Of a stretch of 64,000 nt of DNA, positions 59,773 through 64,000 are shown in pieces. The stretch is from an uncultured Acidobacteriota bacterium (lineage in GTDB: Bacteria > Acidobacteriota > Terriglobia > Terriglobales > Acidobacteriaceae): the NCBI GenBank assembly GCA_963720155.1, contig CAVREP010000016.1, positions 4,847-68,846 on the forward strand, in the 5' to 3' direction. The translations under genes were made by a program, and so were the position numbers. The notes under the pieces are model-generated. The model saw only the letters and a list, made by a program, of their open reading frames with translations, was not told the DNA's origin and ran no database searches. Numbering within the stretch: the stretch's first letter is position 1; every line of letters begins with the position of its first letter.

Positions 59773-59850
59773 ATCAGTCGATTGTTCCCGGTAACTTATT
59801 GAGAAGTCAACCCTATTCCGACGAGCTAGTTTTGGCGAAGGACAGGTGCG

Positions 59851-60051
59851 CTGCTCATCGGCGATACCGAAACCGTCGCACAGAGGATCCTGTATGTGAA
59901 TGAAGTCATCGGCGGTCTTGCCCGTATTACTTTCCAGATGGGTGTCTCGGCGCTGCCGCACGAGAAGATGTTAAGGTCGATCGAGCTTCTCGGTACCCGC
60001 GTCGCTCCCATCGTCCGTAAAGAGCTCACTGCTGTCACTTCGCGTTCCTGA
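59851..60051 (+). pseudogene. C-terminal fragment of an LLM-class (luciferase-like) flavin oxidoreductase
   Basis: No start codon. LLIGDTETVAQRILYVNEVIGGLARITFQMGVSALPHEKMLRSIELLGTRVAPIVRKEL followed by a stop. The upstream part is lost next to the transposase remnant. Confidence 0.55.
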
Positions 60052-60135
60052 TCGAGAACTCCAGTCCATTTAGAAGAGTGGGGACCTCGTCAGCAGCTCC
60101 AGATTCTTCGGAGGACGTGTATCTACGCCGTAGGG

Positions 60136-60324
60136 TTAGAAACATCCAGGCCAAGAGGCAGCTATAGGGTCGCCTTCATCGCGTTTCCGAATCTTCCCAG
60201 TTTTACCCGCTACGGTTGGCTTGTCCTTGGGAAATTCGATCACTTTACCGCGCCGCTCGCGGGGTACCGACTTCACCTTTGTCGGAAAGAGATCTCGAGC
60301 GTAAAATTCGATCACTTTCGCCAT
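60136..60324 (-). CDS. small hypothetical protein
   Basis: 62 aa with a repeated KVIEF motif (MAKVIEFY, GKVIEFP). Confidence 0.35.
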   Translation of the reverse strand: MAKVIEFYARDLFPTKVKSVPRERRGKVIEFPKDKPTVAGKTGKIRKRDEGDPIAASWPGCF

Positions 60325-60337
60325 AACATCATCCCAT

Positions 60338-60787
60338 TTACTGGCACATCACTGAGTTACTTGAAATCTGCTGCTTTATTTGATGCTGTGCGAGACCGTA
60401 CGGTCTCACACAGTGTGAGTCCACCGCGGCGTACGCGGTTGTTGTCATGGCTTTCTCCATCGGAATTGGGCAGCAACGTCCTCTCCTGTTAACGGGCCTA
60501 CACTTGTGCGAAGCGCCATCCACAAACAATTCCGTTCCAGTGACGTAGCTGCTGTCGTCCGACGCGAGAAAGACCACGGCCTTGGCGATCTCATCGGGTG
60601 TCCCGAACCTGCCGAGTGGAACCATAGTGGAAATCATCTTCTTGCGCTGCGCGCCGGTTTCTGAAGAAGCCAGCAGATCACTGAAACCACGTCGGATTGA
60701 CACCCATCCGAACGCTCCTGCTCCCGCGATGCCTGCAGTGGTGATCGATAGAGTGGTGATCGATAGAAGGAGAGTGCGTCTTCTCAT
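60338..60787 (-). pseudogene. SDR C-terminal remnant fused to unrelated N-terminus
   Basis: ..[36 protein letters not shown].. without any Rossmann N-terminus. A 15-nt tandem duplication GTGGTGATCGATAGA lies at 60737-60766. Confidence 0.5.
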
Positions 60788-60790
60788 GGG

Positions 60791-62203
60791 TTATCTTTCC
60801 TGCGGGCTTGTGCCCGTTTGGAAGGGGATGTTCACCTCACGCACTGGTTGGTCGATTCCGCCTGGCTGCGAAGGAGCTTCGAGACCGTCCGTGAGCAAGT
60901 AGGACTGCAGAGAAACTGAGCTCGTTGCGAAGGTTTCCAGCGCAGTAGTGTAGGAGACTTCTAGCTGCATCAGGGTTCTCTGGGCGATGAGAACCTGCGG
61001 ATAAGCTGCGGCCATCTGCTGGTATTTCTTGGCATATAGCTCGTATGCCTTTTGCGCCCTCGGTATCATCTGGTTCTTGTAGCGGTCGACCGCGGTTTGC
61101 GAGAAAGCGTAGTTCTGGACGACGCTCGCCGCCCGTTCCCGCAAAACGAGCTTCACCCGCTCCACTTCGCGCTTCGCCCTCTCTACATCAGCCCTAGCGG
61201 TGGCGACGTTTCCCTGGTTGCGGTTAAAGATTGGAATTTTCACCCCTACATCGGCAAAGCCCTGTAATCCGACTGATCTCCCGTTAGAATCAGACAACAA
61301 CTCGCCATTCTGTTGTATGCCGCCGCGGATTTGCAGGTCGGGAATCGGTTCCCGCTTTGCGCGAGCTAAGGTTGCTTCCGCTCGTTTGACACCGAGTTCG
61401 GCGATCCTTACGGCTGGACTCTCGTGGACGATTTTCTCCACCAGTTCATCGGCGTTGACTGGCAGGGTGTCCTCCAGTTTTCCTTCGAGCCTCATCAAAG
61501 GAAGCCGCGGGTTCCCCACGACGGCAGATAGTGCTTTCCAGACCCGTTGCTGATTCTGTTCGGCCATGGTGACCGCGAGTTCTGCCTGCTGCGCTTCCAC
61601 TTCCGATTCGAGCACGTCGGGAGCGTCCGCTTGGCCGACATTCGCGAGCTGATGGGAGGTCTGGACAGCTTCGTCGGCGAGCTTGCTGAGATTTTGCCGC
61701 AACTCCAACGTTTCCTGGGCAGCCAGCGCTTGGAGGTACGACATTCGCACGTTTGTGACCACGCGCACCTTTTGTTCCTCAGCCTCTCTTTCTGCCTGGT
61801 TGAGTTCTTGGTCGAAAATCTTTCGATTCAGGCCCAGCTTTCCACCGAGCACGATTTCTTGCTGGACGAAAAAGCCTTGCTCACCCCCGTGAAACGACCC
61901 GCCCCGGATCTGCTCGCCCTGGTAGCCGACGGTTGGGTTTGGATAGAGTCCCGACTGCTTCTTTCTGCCTTCGGCGGCTTGGATATTGGCGGCGGATTGC
62001 GCAAACGTAGGGTTGTTTTGTAAGGCCATCTGTTGCAGCTCTTCGAGTGTCAGCGTCTGCTCGGAGACCGGAGTTTGCGCTCGGCCTGGCACGGCAAACA
62101 GGAACAAAAAACAAGAAAAGCAGAGTACAAATCGGGTTACATAACGAAGCGGCGCTGCTGCTTCGACACGTAGTTCCATAACTGGTGTGGTCAGGCTATT
62201 CAT
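60791..62203 (-). CDS. TolC-family outer-membrane efflux protein
   Basis: 470 aa. Signal-like N-terminus. Two-repeat coiled OEP pattern. Start overlaps the oxidase stop. Confidence 0.8.
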   Translation of the reverse strand: MNSLTTPVMELRVEAAAPLRYVTRFVLCFSCFLFLFAVPGRAQTPVSEQTLTLEELQQMALQNNPTFAQSAANIQAAEGRKKQSGLYPNPTVGYQGEQIRGGSFHGGEQGFFVQQEIVLGGKLGLNRKIFDQELNQAEREAEEQKVRVVTNVRMSYLQALAAQETLELRQNLSKLADEAVQTSHQLANVGQADAPDVLESEVEAQQAELAVTMAEQNQQRVWKALSAVVGNPRLPLMRLEGKLEDTLPVNADELVEKIVHESPAVRIAELGVKRAEATLARAKREPIPDLQIRGGIQQNGELLSDSNGRSVGLQGFADVGVKIPIFNRNQGNVATARADVERAKREVERVKLVLRERAASVVQNYAFSQTAVDRYKNQMIPRAQKAYELYAKKYQQMAAAYPQVLIAQRTLMQLEVSYTTALETFATSSVSLQSYLLTDGLEAPSQPGGIDQPVREVNIPFQTGTSPQER

Positions 62204-63680
62204 GTTTGTGCTCCATCCCCGGCATGTCCATGTTCATTGGCTTATTGCCTTGCCGCTTCCTCCGAAGCTCCATGATTTGGTCGTATTTGTCTTGAGGCAG
62301 CACGCGTACGAACGTCATCATTCCCGCCACGAAGCCGCTCCAGCCGGGGCGTAGACCAAAGTTTTCGGGTTTGTCTACCATCTGATCCATCGCCATCATG
62401 GGACCTTCCATGAAGGCATCCTGCGGAAATCCGGGCACGGAATTAGCATCCTTGCTGACTTCGGGCTTGCCCATTTGCATTCCCTCGTGCTGCGTGCCGG
62501 GCATGTCTTGATGCTCCATCGGATTCTTGGTTTTGAGCGGAGAGTTTGACAGCGGCTGTTCGAAGGTGGAACCGACGCCCATTCCACGACCCAGGCTTGA
62601 GCCATTTTCCTCAGATGTGGCGTTTCCTTGCCGCAGCATCCCCATGCCGCGTTCCATGTCGAGACCCGCGGGAATTCCATTCCTCCGTGTCATGGGGCCG
62701 ACATTGGATGACATCTGATTCATCATGTGGTGAGGGAGATGGCAGTGCAGCATCCAATCACCGGGATTGTTTGCGACAAATTCGATGTCGCGGGATTGCG
62801 CCACCCCCACGAGCACCGTGTTCCCTGGGCCCCATGTGGACTCGGGCTGTCGTCCTCCTTCCGTGCCAGTGACCACAAACTGATGGCCATGAAGGTGGAT
62901 CGGGTGGTGGTCCATGCCGAGGTTGACCAGGCGAATGCGGACACGCTCACCGTGCCGCACGATCAAAGGAGTCGTCGCAGGACCAGCTTTGCCATTGAGT
63001 GTGAGCCAGTTGAACTCCATGTTCATGGAGTTGGGGACGGCTATGTTAGGCAGGATGGCGTACTCCTGCAGAATGATTGCAAAGTCTTTATCCGCGCGCG
63101 GCCTGTATGGCTCTCTGGGATGCATGATGAACGCGCCGATCATGCCCATCATTTCTTGCATCGCCATGTGCGAGTGGTAAAAGTAGGTTCCTTCCTGGTG
63201 GAGCGTGAATTCATAGACAAATCGCCCTCCTGGGGGGATCGGGTTTTGGCTACTCCCCGGCGATCCATCCATCTCGACTGGGACCTCAAATCCATGCCAG
63301 TGCATCGATGTCGCTTCGGGGAGGTGGTTGTCGACGATGATGCGAACGTGATCGCCCTCGTTCACTTGAATCGTCGGACCCGGAGCGCTGCCGTTGTATC
63401 CCCAGAGGTCAATCACACGTCCAGGAACAATCTCCTGTTTAACCGGCTCGGCGATCAGGTGGAACTCTTTCGCGCCCCCTTCCAAGCGCCACGGAAGTTG
63501 CGGAACGTCGGGCGTTTCGACAGAAACGACTTCACCACTGCTGCGCTCGGTTGCGTGGCTCAGCTGTTTCATGTCCATGCCTGTTCTGCTTTCGTTCGAG
63601 GTTGCGAACAAGCGAGGCGCAGCGGCCAGACCCGCGCCCAGACCGAGCGTATTTCTAAGGAAATCACGTCTGTTCTTCAT
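62196..63680 (-). CDS. Tat-exported multicopper oxidase (copper-resistance type)
   Basis: Leader MKNRRDFLRNTLGLGAGLAAA. Copper-site motifs HWHG, HSH, HPIHLHGH, HCHLPHHM. Met/His-rich C-terminal segment. Confidence 0.9.
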   Translation of the reverse strand: MKNRRDFLRNTLGLGAGLAAAPRLFATSNESRTGMDMKQLSHATERSSGEVVSVETPDVPQLPWRLEGGAKEFHLIAEPVKQEIVPGRVIDLWGYNGSAPGPTIQVNEGDHVRIIVDNHLPEATSMHWHGFEVPVEMDGSPGSSQNPIPPGGRFVYEFTLHQEGTYFYHSHMAMQEMMGMIGAFIMHPREPYRPRADKDFAIILQEYAILPNIAVPNSMNMEFNWLTLNGKAGPATTPLIVRHGERVRIRLVNLGMDHHPIHLHGHQFVVTGTEGGRQPESTWGPGNTVLVGVAQSRDIEFVANNPGDWMLHCHLPHHMMNQMSSNVGPMTRRNGIPAGLDMERGMGMLRQGNATSEENGSSLGRGMGVGSTFEQPLSNSPLKTKNPMEHQDMPGTQHEGMQMGKPEVSKDANSVPGFPQDAFMEGPMMAMDQMVDKPENFGLRPGWSGFVAGMMTFVRVLPQDKYDQIMELRRKRQGNKPMNMDMPGMEHKHE

Positions 63681-64000
63681 GGTTCTTCCTCTTCAAGAAT
63701 TGGGCGGACCCTAAGTGTCCTGAAAAACTTCGGCGGACATTGGATCGAAACGAGATGCTCGGCCCAGCAATCGACACTGAGTCGCTGCTGTTGCGACCAT
63801 TGCTAGAAGGAGAGGGGAAGACTCAGATTCGGAGAATGCTGTAAGAGGCGGTGCAGGCCGAGGGAAATGAGGGTGGGCCGCTGTCCAAACTCCATGCGCT
63901 TTCGAGATGGGGAGCCAAAAACTTAGGGGTTGCGTTCAGTCCTACGGCACCCGTCTGGACTGCTGTCACCTGCGAAACGAACCTTCCTAGAACGTTGAGG

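Noticed and set aside
62727-63806. Long antisense ORFs within real genes: the 359-aa ORF opposite the multicopper oxidase, and also 295..807, 3739..4266, 12713..13339, 18655..19233, 25765..26625 and 54251..55045.
   Set aside because: These are shadow ORFs typical of GC-rich DNA. They are Arg/Gly/Ser-rich with no motifs, and the opposite strand carries clearly recognisable proteins.

Overview
This is a 64-kb chromosomal window. Its gene content looks like an Acidobacteriota (Terriglobia-type) genome: tandem Ser/Thr kinases with TolB-like propellers, a CarboxypepD_reg-type TonB-dependent receptor, TPR plus CRTAC1/ASPIC-UnbV proteins, and many Tat-dependent or secreted glycan enzymes. That taxonomic call is inference only. 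From 0 to 41.5 kb the window is mostly core and glycan metabolism. It holds two kinase paralogs, an IS110-family element inside a palindrome with 105-bp arms, a TPR/CRTAC1 cluster, and a TonB-receptor/GH130/FAD-oxidase locus. It also holds a translationally coupled sugar-acid operon (enolase-type dehydratase, RraA-like, M24-like, SDR, UxuA, MFS, GH). From 41.6 to 60.8 kb is an accessory and decay zone with a Phd-VapC module and small membrane and zinc proteins. The most interesting object is here: an 8.5-kb, four-level nested mobile-element stack (45029-53537). A recombinase-in-trio (RIT) element has its ritC split by a second, inverted RIT element. The ritC of that second element is split, in antisense, by an ORF-less group II intron. 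That intron carries a second ORF-less group II intron in its domain VI (a twintron). To the right lie an unknown 450-aa protein, an atypical receiver-protease fusion, a degenerate DDE transposase with truncated neighbouring genes, and a TolC-like/multicopper-oxidase pair. No rRNA, tRNA or CRISPR array was seen. All product calls come from motif recognition by eye; no database search or folding program was run.
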